DNA of 64,000 bases from Ginglymostoma cirratum (lineage: Eukaryota). Positions 48,871 to 61,700 of this stretch are shown here, piece by piece; the stretch's first letter is position 1, and the number at the start of each line of letters is the position of its first letter. The notes under the pieces were generated by a model. The model worked only from the letters and a program-made list of their open reading frames with translations. It searched no databases and was not told the origin of the DNA. The position numbers and the translations under genes are program-made. The stretch covers positions 62,001 to 126,000 of the forward strand of contig JAHRHZ010000235.1 of NCBI GenBank assembly GCA_024137785.1, written 5' to 3'.

Positions 48871-51800
48871 TTGCTAATTGTCCTGATTAAGGCAAAATGA
48901 AAATTTTCTATAAAATGGGTATTTTCCCAGTCAAGCTGTATATTCTCAAATGAATATTTGATCCTAATTTCCTCTTTTGCTCAGACCTTTTTAAATTCGA
49001 AGAAGTAATTATGTCCCTTCATGAATGGAGGAGTTAGTTTAACATTATTCACTAAATTCCACTAATTGCATCAAAATATTTTTCTGATCTCCTTTCTGTG
49101 TCTGGTGTGTGACTGGAAAATGTGAGATTTTGCCTTTCTGTTTGCCTGCATTGATGGTAAATCTACATTTACTATGTTTAGTTCATTGTGAATTTGTGGA
49201 TATCAGAGTACCCTCCCGCCCCCTCCTCGATTTCCTGTTATGGCCTATTTTTGTATCATAGAACTCCTGTCCTTGGACCATTCTGCATTGCCCTTCCAGG
49301 AATCCCATAACCATACAGCATGCTCTAGATGTGAGCTAACCATTCTTCAGTACAGCTGCCATGGGCACTCTCCCCGCCATCTACTCACTCTCAATGTTAA
49401 TTCCAATATCCTATTGGCTTTTCCCATGTCTTTTTCTGAAATAGTTCCCAATTTGAAGGATTTATGTCACTCGACTTCCTTTCTTGGTTACTTCAGTAAA
49501 CTATCTACAAAATGAGCTGCACTTTATCCTTTATCGTTCTCAGAGTCATTACATCTGAGAAAATTCCTTGCCTGCTCTCTGTAGAGAAATTCAGTGAGTC
49601 CCATTTCCCTGCTGTTTCCCAATAGCTTCCCTTTATGTAATACAGTGTTTCTGGTGTATTCAATTACATCTGGCACTTGTCTGCATCAAGCTCTTGCAAC
49701 CACTGATGCTTTTCTATCATCTGTTGAGTTCTTCCTGATGAATTGTTACTCTTTGCAGTTTGCTGGCAAGTTTTGATAGCCGTTTGTAAGATGTTTGAGT
49801 GCAAATCATTTTGAGCCCTGTCCTCGTGCCAATCTGAAGGACACTGCACATTGCAGTCTCACAAACTAGGCTTATCCGTGTCATGGCTCAATTTGGCTTC
49901 TGGTTGAAGTTGCTGACAGCTGATTCTTACAGGCATGCACTGAAATGGCTGACAGTTAAAAAGTTCCTGGAAGAGAGTGTGACTCCCTCACAACCAACCG
50001 ACTAGCTTTTACATTCAAAAACAAAATGCAAGGCCTTTGAGACCCTATCCTATCATAAATTGGGGCTCAATCCCTCAACAGTTCCCAGGCTCAAACGAAC
50101 TCTGATTGGGGAGATGGGATCCATACAAATGTACCTCAAACCAAATACCTGATGAGCCTCCTGGTGACGGAGTAGTGGTGGTGCAGCTGGCTGAAAATGA
50201 TCACCTCTCCCTTTCCTTTTATATCAGTGAGACCTGTCAATAAATAAGTCCTGGTCAGTCATATCAACAACAACAACTTGTATTAATTTGGCACCTTAAA
50301 TGTAGTAACCATCCAAAAGATGGGCACGTACAGTGTTTGGGTTGATGACCAAAAGGAGACAAAGAGCTCGTTCGAAGCAGTGAGAGGGGCTTGTGGAGGA
50401 AATTCCCGTGCTGAGGGCTTGGGCGACTAAAGGCACAGCTGCCAGCCATGAGGTGGGAGGCCAGATTGGAGAGTTTGGGAAATGGGGTAGGGATTGAGGA
50501 TAACCGTGTCGTCCATTGCATCGCCTCCGCCTGCTGCAGCAGGAGACTGGGGAGAGGAATCAGAAGGCTGGGCATGGCAGATCATTTGGCAGCACCACCC
50601 AGAGACTGGAGGCTGTAACTGCAGGCAGGGTCCAAACCAGTTCTGCTGTGAGGTAATGACATTGGAGCACACAAGGACATGAAAAATAGGAGCAGGAGGA
50701 GACTCCCAATGCCAGTCCATCCTTTCTTAAATACAGGGAACAAAATTGTACACAGTACTCCCAGTGCAGGCTCACTAACACCCTATAAAGTTATAACAAG
50801 ATTTCTCTATTTTTGAATTCCAAACAGCAATAAAGGTTAAAATTCCATTTGCTCCTTGCCTGAGGAGTGAAGGTGAGGCCCAGGGAAGAAATTGGGGAAG
50901 AGGGTCTGAGTGTCCTATTGTATTGTCTGGAAGATTGGAGGGTGTCCAGCTGTCCGTCCCTCACACTGTGTCCACCTTCCCCACTCAGGGAGAAGACAAG
51001 TCTGATGTCCTCAACAACGAGCTCCTCCAAACCAAACAGAGGCTGGTGGAGACTGAAGATGAGAAAAGGAGATAGGAGGAGGAGTCAGCACAGGGACCGA
51101 GAGGACAGGCAGAGGTGGGGTTTTTGGAGGGGGTAGGGGATGAGGGAGATCCCTGACCCGAGGGGAGGGGTAGAGGCCTCGTCCGCGTGTTTAATGTTTG
51201 ATGCTGATTGAGACTTTCATTCTGGTCTTTGCTTTCCCGATGTTGCAGATTAAGGAGGTTTCTCACAGGAAGTTAGAGAAAGCTGAATGCAAATTCCACA
51301 AGACAAGTGCCACCATTTCGGAATACAAACTGATCTGGACACAGTGACCTGCTGCATATTTCCTGGGAGATGGACACTGAAAAGATTGTGTTGAAACGAA
51401 TGGTGCATTGGGTGGCTGGGTGTTTCAGGGTCTGAGTGTGGGGTTTGTCTCTAATTCCTTTCCTGATGTCAGTGGTGGGGGGGGGGGAGGTGGGTGACCA
51501 CCCTAGAGCAGCTGCACACTGATGGGATACAGCTTCCCGGTTTCCTTTGATTGATGACACACTCTAAGGTTTCATCTTCAGTTTAATCTTCATGTGAAAC
51601 TCTATTGCAGCTTTAAGACATTTGGGTTGAAAATTCCCAGTCTGATTTAGCTGCTGTGACCACAGTACCTGCAGACTGCTCTCTTCCAGAAGCAGTTTCT
51701 GAGCAAAGACATTTTACTGTCACTTCCTCTTGAGGCCTGTACCTATTCCTGAATTTGGATAGCGCAAATCCTTCACTTATTACAGTCACCTGTTGACAAG

Positions 51801-52599
51801 TGACTCATTGGAAAGTACCGGCTGCTTTCTCCTAACCTTCTCTCCCAGCAAGAACTCCATTTAGTAAGTGTCCTTTTATCAAGTCCTACCCCCTGACTAG
51901 CACAAGGACCCTGAGCAAGTTTTCTATTCTTAGCCCATTTCTGCAGGCAGGCACAGAGGGATCTGGCTGTGCTGGTACATAAATCATAACGTTAGTGCAC
52001 AGCACGAGCAAATGATGAGGAAGGTAGATGGAGTGTTGGTGGTTATTGCAAAGGGCTGTTGATGAGGCCTCATCTGGAGAGCTGTGTATAGTTCTGGTCT
52101 CATTGAAGAAAGGAGATCAAAGGTTGTGAGGAAAAGGCAGGAAAATGGAGTTAAAGATTATCAGATCAAACATAATGTCATTGAATCATGGAGCAGAATT
52201 GATGTGCTGAACGGCCTAATTCAGCTCCTATAAATTATGATATAATCGTGTCAGAAACAATTCAGGCCAGTTCACTCAATTCATTCCTGGGATGACGGGG
52301 TTATCCTCTGAGGAAAAGTTGGACATGCTGTACACATTGGAGTTTAGAGAACAAGAGGTGATCCTCTTGAAATAGACAAGGTCCTGAAAGATAAAAACAA
52401 GAGACTGCGGATGGTGGAAATCTGAACCAAAAAGCAGGGAATGCTGGAGAAACTCAAGATGTCCAGCAGCATCTGTTGAGAGGAGAATTGAGTTAAGATT
52501 TCTGAAGAAGTCGTACTGGTCTAGAAATGCTACTTGTGTGTCAATTTCCACAGATAAGCAGCAAGTGGTAGATAGTGCTGAGAGTTCCTCTAACAAATA

Positions 52600-54160
52600 G
52601 ATCAGGCCTAAGCTCTGCAGTCCTGCCACATCCTATCTTGAATGGTGGGAGACAATTAAACAAGTCACTGAAGGAGAAGGCTCCACAAATAACCCGATCC
52701 TCAATGAAGGTAAAAAAAAACAAGCACATTAGTGCAAAAGATAGATAAAGCTGAAACTTTCGCAACAATCAGCCAGATATGCTGAGTGGATGATCCATCT
52801 TGGCCTCCCCCAGTGGTCACAGCATTACAGATACCCGTCTTCAGCCAATTTCATTCACTCCATATGATATCAGTAAATTATTGGAGACACTGGACACTGC
52901 CTAAGCTATGGGCCTTGACAACGTTCTGGCAATTGTACTGAAGGCTCGTGCTGCAGACCCAAGCTGCTCAAGTACAGTTAGACACCGGTATGAACCCAAC
53001 AATATGGAAAATTGCAAGTATGCTCTGTACATAAAAAGCAGGACAAATCCAACCAGGGCAATTGCCGCCCCTTCAGTCCCCTCTCAATCATCAGGAAAGT
53101 GATGGACGATGTCACTAACAGTGTTATCAAACAGCACCTGCTTAACAATAACCTGCTCAGTGATGCCCAGGGCCACTCAGCTCCTGACCTCATTACAGTC
53201 TTGGTTCAAACATGGACAAAAGAGCTGAATTCCAGAGATGAGATGTGAGTGACAAACCTTGATATCAAGGCTGCATTTGACTGAGTGTGGCATCAACGTG
53301 CCCTGAGAAAACCATTCATGGTTTTCAGATACTGAGGCAGTCTGTATCCAAATGCAACAAGAACTGGACAATTACAGGCTTGGGCTGACAAGTGGCAAAC
53401 AACATTCACGCCACACAAATGCCAGGTTATGACCATCACCAATAGGAGACAATCTAACCACTGCCCGTTGACATTCAACGGTGTTACCATCTGTAAATCC
53501 CCACTATCAACATCCTGAGGGTTATTCATTGGTCAGAAACTCAAATGGACTCACCACATAAACGCGGTGGCTACAAGAACTGGTCAGTGGCTAGGAATAC
53601 TGCGGCAAGTAACTCACCTCCTGATTCCTCAAAACCTGTCCACGATCAACAAGGCACAAATCAGGAGTGTGAAGGAATAGTCCCCACTTGCCTGGATGAG
53701 TGCAGCTCCAATAACATGCAAGAAGCTTAACACGATCCCGAACAAAGCAGCCCACTTGATTGGTATTACATCCGCAAGCATCCACTCTCTCCCCAACAAT
53801 GCTCACCAGCAGCAGTGTGTACTATCTGCAAGATGCAGAAATTCATCAAAGATCCTCAGTCAACACCTTCCAAATTCATGGCCCCTTCCATCGAGAAGGA
53901 CAAGGGCAGGAGATATATGGGAACATTACCACCCTCAGGTTCCTATCCCAGCCACTCACCATCCTGACTTGGAAATATATCGCCTTTCCTTCACTGTCAA
54001 ATTTCTGGAATTCCCTCCCTGAGGGGATCATGGCTCAACCCACAGGAGGTGGACTGCTGCGGTTCAAGAAAGCAGCTCACCCCCACTTTCTCAACACTAA
54101 CCAGGGACAGACAGTAAATGCTGGCACAGCCAATGGCACCCACATCCCACAAATGAATAA
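52600..54160 (+). mobile_element. CR1-clade LINE RT to 3' end (same family as 880-2830)
   Basis: NCRPFSPLSIIRKVMDDVTNSVIKQHLLNNNLLSDAQ, HSAPDLITVLVQTWTKEL, FWNSLPEG. Confidence 0.8.
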
Positions 54161-57064
54161 TTTTTTTAAAAAAGATATTGTTGGGCTAACTGAGACCCTG
54201 AGGGATATGACAGATGGATACCAGGGGGATTATTCCTCATGGAGAAGTATCCAGATAGTTTAAGAGAGACAGTTTACTTAGGAACAACAAAGTCCCATTA
54301 TTCCGTAATAATTAAGGCCTTCCCACTAAACTTATGGACAGTGCAGTCTGATAACTTGAGCCTTAATAATTGTGCACATGCGTAGTGAGGAGACAGGAGC
54401 AGCAATAAGTCTCCCTCTTGTTCTGCTCGGGTTTGTTCACAGTGGAGTACATGGTTAGAGAGAGAGCAGGCAGTGAGTAAGGAGGAACTGGAGCAAGTGA
54501 GTGTAGCATTCAGCTGGTGATCAGCCTCTGATGATCCCACTCCTGCACTTGTCCTTGTGCTGCCTTCATATTGGGTCACCTGTTATATGTTGTCTGGTCA
54601 CAGTGTCTTTACAACATGGAAAAAGGCGCTTAGGCTCATTGTCCAAACCGACCATCAAACAAGTTCCAATTCAATTTCCAAGCACTTGGCCCTTGGCCTT
54701 GTATGCTGAGGGGTTTCAAGGACTCAGCTAAATGCTTCTGAAATGCCTTCATGGTTCCTTCCCCGACAGCATCCTGATTGTGGAATGTCTGTTCACAATA
54801 AGCTAAATACCCAGCAATCAGCATCTTCTATTCACACATGCTATGTGGGTGTTTCTGCCTAGGCCGGCATTCATTGGCCATCTCCAGTTATAGCTCACCC
54901 ACCTTCTTCAGGGCAACTAGGCGTGGGCAATAAATGCTGGGCCCAGTCACTGATGCCCATATCACATGAATGAATCCCAGAAACACAGGCCCCATATCCC
55001 TCTCTCAGTGACATGAGTATACAGAGGGCAGAATCACTGCAGTCTAACCCATTAACCAGCACAGCAGCACACGCATATGGAGCTGAATGGGAACAGTCAC
55101 AATCTGCAGGGAGAGTCAGCGAAGATGTCTCTCTCATCTTCTGCCCCAAAGTGTATTGTTTTAGAGTCATTCACAAACCCCGGGTGACCCTCCTGTCACC
55201 GCACTCTGATCTCAAACAGCATTTGTTGTTAATTGTGGCACTGAGGTCTCACAAGGTGAACACCAGCTCTGCATAAGGTACTTCCTCATAATGCAATCCC
55301 ACCTTACCGATTGTTGGTTTGTATCTTGTCTCACAAGAAATATTATATTTTATAATCAGCATCTCTGTTTCATTTTCATTGGGAGCCGTTGTTGTTTGGC
55401 AATCTCATTGGTTTAATGCGGTGAGTGGGTTAATCGTACAGGCACTGGGAAGGATGAGGGGCTGTCAGAAATACCAGTGTTCGCTAATTCTTCACCTTAA
55501 CCAGACGAACTGAGAATCTGCTTCACTCTCTACTGTCTCTCTTTCCTCTCCGTTCTTCTCTCTCTCTCCTGTATGCTCCCTCTTTCTGAGCGTGTTACTA
55601 TACAGAAATCATGCTCACCCTCTCGCTTGCTCTCGACCTCTCTCCACCCCCCTCTCTCCCCAACCTCTCTCTCTCTTTCCCTCCCTCTAGCACTCTCTCT
55701 CCTGCTTTCTCCCTGTCTCTCCTGTTCTCTCTCTCTCTATATGGACTGAGAGCTGCTCCTATTCATTGACCCACTGAGCTCATGATGTCTTGCTCAGGTC
55801 AGTTCCCACGATTCACTGTCGCACTCTGCTGGTCCTGGCGTACACATTAAATTTTCTGCTTGGATCTATACGCAGGTCTGTCCTACATTCTTCCCTTTCA
55901 GATTTTACAAACCAATGTGTGTGGATGTGACAGAGGAACAGCTGAAGGAATCGATTTGCACAATGTACAAAAAACAAGTAATCTTTCTAGTTCCTTTAAT
56001 TTTCAGACAGGTTCAAAGTTCAATGTAGTTAAAATTTGGGGAAATGTTATGTTTAACTTGCAGCAGCCTGTTGTCCCAGGGAACAGGTTCCTGTTGGTGT
56101 GTTTATCTGTAATGCCAACTCCCCCCAGTTATTCACTCTGGTACAGCCATCTCTGGGGGCAGCTTATATTTGTAACAATTGTATTTTTAATAATAAACTA
56201 ACTCACTGTTCTTGGTCTGCCTGTGTTCTGTGATCGCTCCACACTGCTGGCCCTTCAGCTAGATGTACAAGAAGATCCCAATTCTTTCCCTTTCACTTCA
56301 AACCATTCGATTGGTGTTAATGTGACCACATTCTGGTCAGAAGTGGGATCGTCAGTAAATGACTGCACTCTGTCCTGTAAATCTCAGTTATGGACACACT
56401 GATCACAACATCCTGTTATTCCAGGTTTAACTGAAATATGGGAATGGGGGCCAGGAAATGATCATAACTTGTCCTAACATAGTACACCCCTTCCCTTCCC
56501 CTCCTGAAAACAAATCTGAAATCACCAACTGGGTTTTACTCTGATATCAAACTCAAGGAGGGATGACATGCTGCAAAGCTGAGAGACAAAGCCACAGGCA
56601 ACACCATGTAACAGCCACACTCACACAGGGTCAAGTATGCTGTTGGATCCTGACTGATCCTCTCTCTGAACTAAGACCTCACTCAGCTCAGTTTTGAGCT
56701 GTCACTGCGGGGAACAGGCGAAGGTGGGATAAATGAACGTTACGATTTCAGCCTCCAGAGTCTGTGATTGTCCCAAACTCAGTTCAGATGTTCGACAGCA
56801 GACAGTGCACAGTGCGATCCCAACTGCTGGGTATTCACCAACACAGTGAAGAGCGAATACCTCAGATTGAAATCATTGAGTCCCAGCAGCTTTCAGATTA
56901 TGCTCTGTTTTGAATCTTGGAAACTCAATAGATTCGAGATCAAAGGCTCCCAGTCCAGGCTACAGTGATGTGTCATTGATTGACAGGTCACACAGCCAAT
57001 TAGCTAAGAGAGGGATAGCTCATTTCGAAACCATACACCAGACAGAGACTGAATCTTCTTCATC

Positions 57065-57070
57065 TTTATT
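57065..57070 (-). terminator. Polyadenylation signal of cluster-2 light-chain gene
   Basis: TTTATT on + equals AATAAA on -, about 520 bp after the stop. It sits at the end of a 3' UTR that is homologous between the two clusters. Confidence 0.75.
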
Positions 57071-57588
57071 CCCTTTTCCAGATTGACATTGACAGAAAAA
57101 GCACTGCAATTAACAGCCCAGACTGAGGTAGCTGCACAAATTCACAGCCGCGATGGGGCTTGGGGAAAACACTTGTGGAGATTTTATGAATAACACGAGA
57201 ATCCTGTCCTTTTAAAAGGTGACAAAACCTTAGATTGCAACTGACGGCTGAGCAGGAAGGAGGTCTGGTTTACTGAAGCAGAGACTTCTGAGGTTCACAT
57301 TTTTTTATACAGCTGACAGTCTTCAGCATCTTCGCGAGGTTTTTTTTTTGCATCACAACTCAACACTGTCCCCATCAAACACTCCCAGGACAGGGACAAC
57401 ATGGGATTAGATACAGAGGAAAGCTCCCTCTATACTGTCCCAGTGACCTGTCTCAACCACTGAACCTCAGACGAGTCTGCGAACCAGTCCCGAGAAGGAA
57501 GAGAGTTGAAATTCCGTGCTGACAGTGAGCTTTGTCCTGCCAGCTCAGCCCTGTTCTATTTAAGGTTGTGTCTCCTCTGTGGACTGTC

Positions 57589-57926
57589 TCAAACACACCA
57601 CACACAATCCGATCTACTGATGCTCTTGCTGAGGGGAGAGGAGAGGGTGACATGTGTGAGGGCACAGGAGAAGCGAGCGTTGGACTCCCAGTCAGAGCCA
57701 GAGAGTGTCAGCAGGCTGCTGACACTGTAGGTGCTGTCCGAAGCTCGCAGGTAGTTGCTGGTCTGAACCCCGTCCGAAATGACTGCCCCGTCCTTCTTCC
57801 ATTGCACCTCCAGCTCATCGGGATAGAAGTGATTGGCAAAGCACACCAGGGTTGCAGTGCCCTTGCTCTGAACCTGCTCCGGGGAAGGGGGCAGCAGGGT
57901 TAGCTTGGGCTGAGACCTGTCACGGC
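57589..57926 (-). CDS. IGKC: Ig kappa-type C exon, cluster 2, open frame (J and V not in window)
   Basis: Minus-strand acceptor CTTTCAG ends at 57927. The exon reads (S)RDRSQPKLTLLPPSPEQVQSKGTATLVCFANHFYPDELEVQWKKDGAVISDGVQTSNYLRASDSTYSVSSLLTLSGSDWESNARFSCALTHVTLSSPLSKSISRSDCVWCV*. There is no internal stop. It differs from cluster-1 C at 16 of 108 codon positions (manual count). Confidence 0.93.
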
Positions 57927-58224
57927 CTGAAAGACAAGAGAAGCAATTTTAATCCCTGCCATTTTAAAGATTTTAACATTGCAAGCTTTCACTCACAAAA
58001 CAATTAGTTTGAACATTTGTAGCCAGTACTGAACAAACCCAACAACAGAATGAATATTTATTAAAATTCCTTGTTAATGGTGGGCATTGAAATCCCCCAC
58101 CTAGAGTACATTCTGTGCCCTCACCACACTGAGTGCTTCCTGCAAGTGCTGTTCAACCTGGAGAAGAGACTGATTTATCAGCCGAGGAAGGGCAGTATGT
58201 GGTAATCAGTGGGAGGTTTCGCAG

Positions 58225-59405
58225 AATCATACAGTACTGAACAGGCCATTCGCCCCATCAAACCTGTCCCATGAATGCTGAACCAAATCTGGTCTCCACC
58301 TACTTTCTACAACTGTGCCGATAACGTTGAATGTTGGGATATTTCAGGTGCTCATCCAAGTACGTTTGAACGGTTGTGAAATTACCCACCTGCTCTCCTC
58401 CCAGGCAGTGTATTCCACTCCCCCAGCACTGGATGAAAAAGCTTTAACCTTCTCTGCTCCAAAGAAAAAAACCTGAGCTTATCCAGTCCCTCTTCATCAC
58501 TGAAATGCTCCATCCCAGGCGACATCCTGGTAAATCTCCTCTGCACCCCCACCAGTACAATCACATCCTTCCTATAGTGTGGTGACCAGAACTGCACACA
58601 GTGCTCCAGCTGTGGCCTAACCAAAGTCCTGTACAGCTCCACCATCCCCTCCATGCTCTTATAATCTATATCTGAAATGATAAAGACAGGCGTCCCGTAT
58701 GCTTTCATAATTGCCTTCTTAACCTGCTCTGGCACTTTCAGGGATCTGTGGAGAATCATCCCAATATTCTACTGTTACTCTGAGATTCCTAGTGTCCTGC
58801 TTGTCTTGTTACTTCCTCCAAAATGCATCACCTCACATTTATCAGACGACATTCCAGCTGTCTCTGATCTGCCCATCTGACCAATCCAGTTATATCCTCC
58901 TGTCCCATAAAACCTTCCTCCTCACTGTCGACCTTCCGGCCAATCTTCACGTCATCCACAAACTCAGTTATCCTCCCCTACCCTATTCTCATCGACATTG
59001 TTCCTATATATCACAGTGAGGGAGCCAGCACTGATCGCTGTGATTTTCCACAGCACACTGGACCCAGTCACACAAACAGCCTTCTCCCATCACACTCTGT
59101 TACCTGTCACGAAGCCAGTTTTGGATACAACATACCGACTTACCCTGGATCCCATGGGCCTTTACCTCCTTCATCTGTCTCCCATGTGGGACCTTGTCAA
59201 AGGCCTTGCTGAAATCCATATAATCTACGTCAATTGCATCCCCTTCACCTACACACCTGATCACCTCCTCGACAAAATCCCACTAGATTTGTTGGCCATG
59301 GCCTCCCTCTGACAAAGCCGCGCTGGCTACCCCTGAAATGGAGATTCATTCCACCTTCAGAATTTTCTCCAATCACATTCCTAACACTAATGTGAGACTC
59401 ACTGG
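58225..59405 (-). mobile_element. CR1/HER1 LINE fragment
   Basis: LYRTLVRPQLEHCVQFWSPHYRKDV in ORF 58382-58759. Confidence 0.85.
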
Positions 59406-59989
59406 TTTCCTAGACCATGTTTGACCTGATGCCATGAGACTTCATGGGATCCAGAGTCAATGTTGGGGACTCCCAGGGTCATTCCCTCCCGACTGTATCC
59501 CACTGTGTCACCACCTCTTCTGGGTCTGTCCTGTTGGTGGGACAGGACATACCCAGGGTTGGTTATGGCGGTGTCTGGGACCTTGTGTGTAAGGTCCGAT
59601 GCTGTGAGTATGACTGTGTCAGGCTGTTGCTTGACTTCTCTATGAATTTGGCACTAGCCCCCAGATGTTAGTAAGGATGGCAATGCAGGGTAGACAGGCT
59701 TGTGTTTGATGGTGTTTCCTATGCCAAGGTCGAGGCCGGGTGGTCCGTCTGGTTTCATTCCATTTTTGAGAGTTTTCGTTGATTTTTACAACAGAGCGGC
59801 TCGTTCGGCCATTTCAGAGGGCGGTTAAGGATCAGCCACATTGCTGTGGGTCTGGAGTCACGTGTAGGTCAGACCAAGTAAGGACAGCAAATTTCCTTCC
59901 CCAAAGGACATCAGTCCTTTATCTCAATATGTCTTTAACAAACCTTCGATCACTCACAGATCAGGAGCCACTATTTATGAAAGGAAAAG

Positions 59990-61395
59990 TCATGGAATTA
60001 TAGAGCAGTAAACTTGATATCGATGGTGGGAAAGTTGTTGGAGAAAATCCTGAGGAATAGGATTTACATGTTTTCTGGAAAGGCATGGACTGATCAGGGA
60101 TTGTCAACATAGCTTTGTAAGTGGGAAATCGTGTCTCACTAACTTGATTAGTTTTTTGAAGAAGTAATGAAGAGGATTGATGAGGGCAGAGCAGTGGACA
60201 TGATCTATGTGGATTTCGGTAAGGCATTCAAAAAGTTTCCTCATGGTAAGACTGGTTAGCGTGGTTAGATGACATGGAATACAGGGTGAACTAACTATTT
60301 GGACATGGAACTGGCTCGAAGGTAGAAAACAGAGAATGGTGGTGGAGGGGGCTTTTCAAACTAGAGCACTGTGACCAGCGGTGTGCCACAAGGATCGGTG
60401 CTGGGTCCATGGCTTTTCATCATTTATATAAATGATTTGGATGTGAACACAAGAGGAATAGTTCGTAAATTTGTATATGACACCTAAATTGGAGGTATAG
60501 TGGACAGTGAAGAAGGTTACCTCAGAGTACAAGGAGATCTTGTTCAGAAGGACCAATGGGCTGAGGAATGTTGGATGGAACTTAACTTAGATAAATGTGA
60601 TTTGCTGCATTTTGGAAAGGCAAATCAGAGCAGGACTTATATTCTTAAAAGTAAGGTCCTGGGGTGTGCTGCTGAACAAAGAATACTTGGACTGCAGGTT
60701 CAGTTTTCCTTGGAAGTGGAGTCGTGGGTGGTTTGGATAGTGAAGACATTATTTGGTCAGCTTCCCCTTATCGGGAACTGCGTTGGGTATATATTTGGAT
60801 CATATTTGGTCATCTTCAAGCTGTATAGGGTATTGGTTAAGCCACTATTGGAATACAATGGGCAATTATGGTCTCCCTCCTATAAGAAGGGTGTTGTGAA
60901 ACTTAAAAGTGCTCAGGTAAGGTTTGCAAGGATGTTGCCAGGTTTGGAGGTATTGAGCTATAGGGAGAGGCTGAACATGCTGTGGCTAATATCCCTGGAG
61001 CGTCGCTGGCTCAGATGTGACATTATAGAGGTTTATAAAATAATCAGGGACATGGATAGGATAAACTGGCAAGGTGTTTTCCCAGAGGCAGGTTTGTCAA
61101 AAACTAGAGGACATAGGAGTAAAGTGAGAGGGGAGATGTTCAAAAGGTACCTTAGGGGCAGCATTTTCATGCAGAGGCTGGTGCGTGTATGGAATGAGCG
61201 GCCAGAGGAAGTGGTGAAAGCTGGATCAATTACAGAATTTAAAAGCTATCTGGATGGGTCGATGAATAGGAAGGATTTAGAGGGATATGGGCCTAATGCT
61301 GGCAAATGGCACTAGATTTATCTAGGATATGGTTCGGCATGGATGAGTTGTGCCGAAGGGTCTGTTTCAGTGTTGTACATCATCTCTATGACTCT
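59990..61395 (+). mobile_element. CR1/HER1 LINE, 5'-truncated ORF2
   Basis: [10 protein letters not shown] at about 60378 and the 271-aa ORF 60500-61315 (LHFGKAN, LWSPSYKK, QRLVRVWNERP). Confidence 0.9.
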
Positions 61396-61700
61396 ATAAC
61401 TCAATAACTTTATCTGAGAAACTTGTAGTAGACATAGATCAACATGCTTCAGGAAGGGTGCCCCTGTAGGAGGTTCTGGATTTCATTTCAAACCTTGGCG
61501 CCCAGCACTGGGCTGATGTCAAGTGTGAGGCTACAATGAGTCTCAGTGTCTCGGGGAGAGGCAGGGCCACTGCTCCTAATGACCCTGTGACCCCTGGAAG
61601 GTGGAAGCATGTGGACAATGGGTAATGGTCTGGATCAGGAGGCTCTGACCTCTAAAAATAACTTGTATTTGTGTAGCACCCATCCCCAACTCAGGATGAA
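61395..61700 (-). promoter_or_regulatory. Conserved non-coding block upstream of cluster-2 C (candidate intronic enhancer)
   Basis: Paralogue of 13220-13530 in the same orientation relative to C. The core TGATGTCAAGTGTGAGGCT is at 61514-61532 on +. Confidence 0.5.

Noticed and set aside
55150-55276. KPRVTLLSP peptide after a possible acceptor, resembling the start of an Ig C domain
   Set aside because: No following LVC, W or second Cys motif in any frame I could read, so probably chance.
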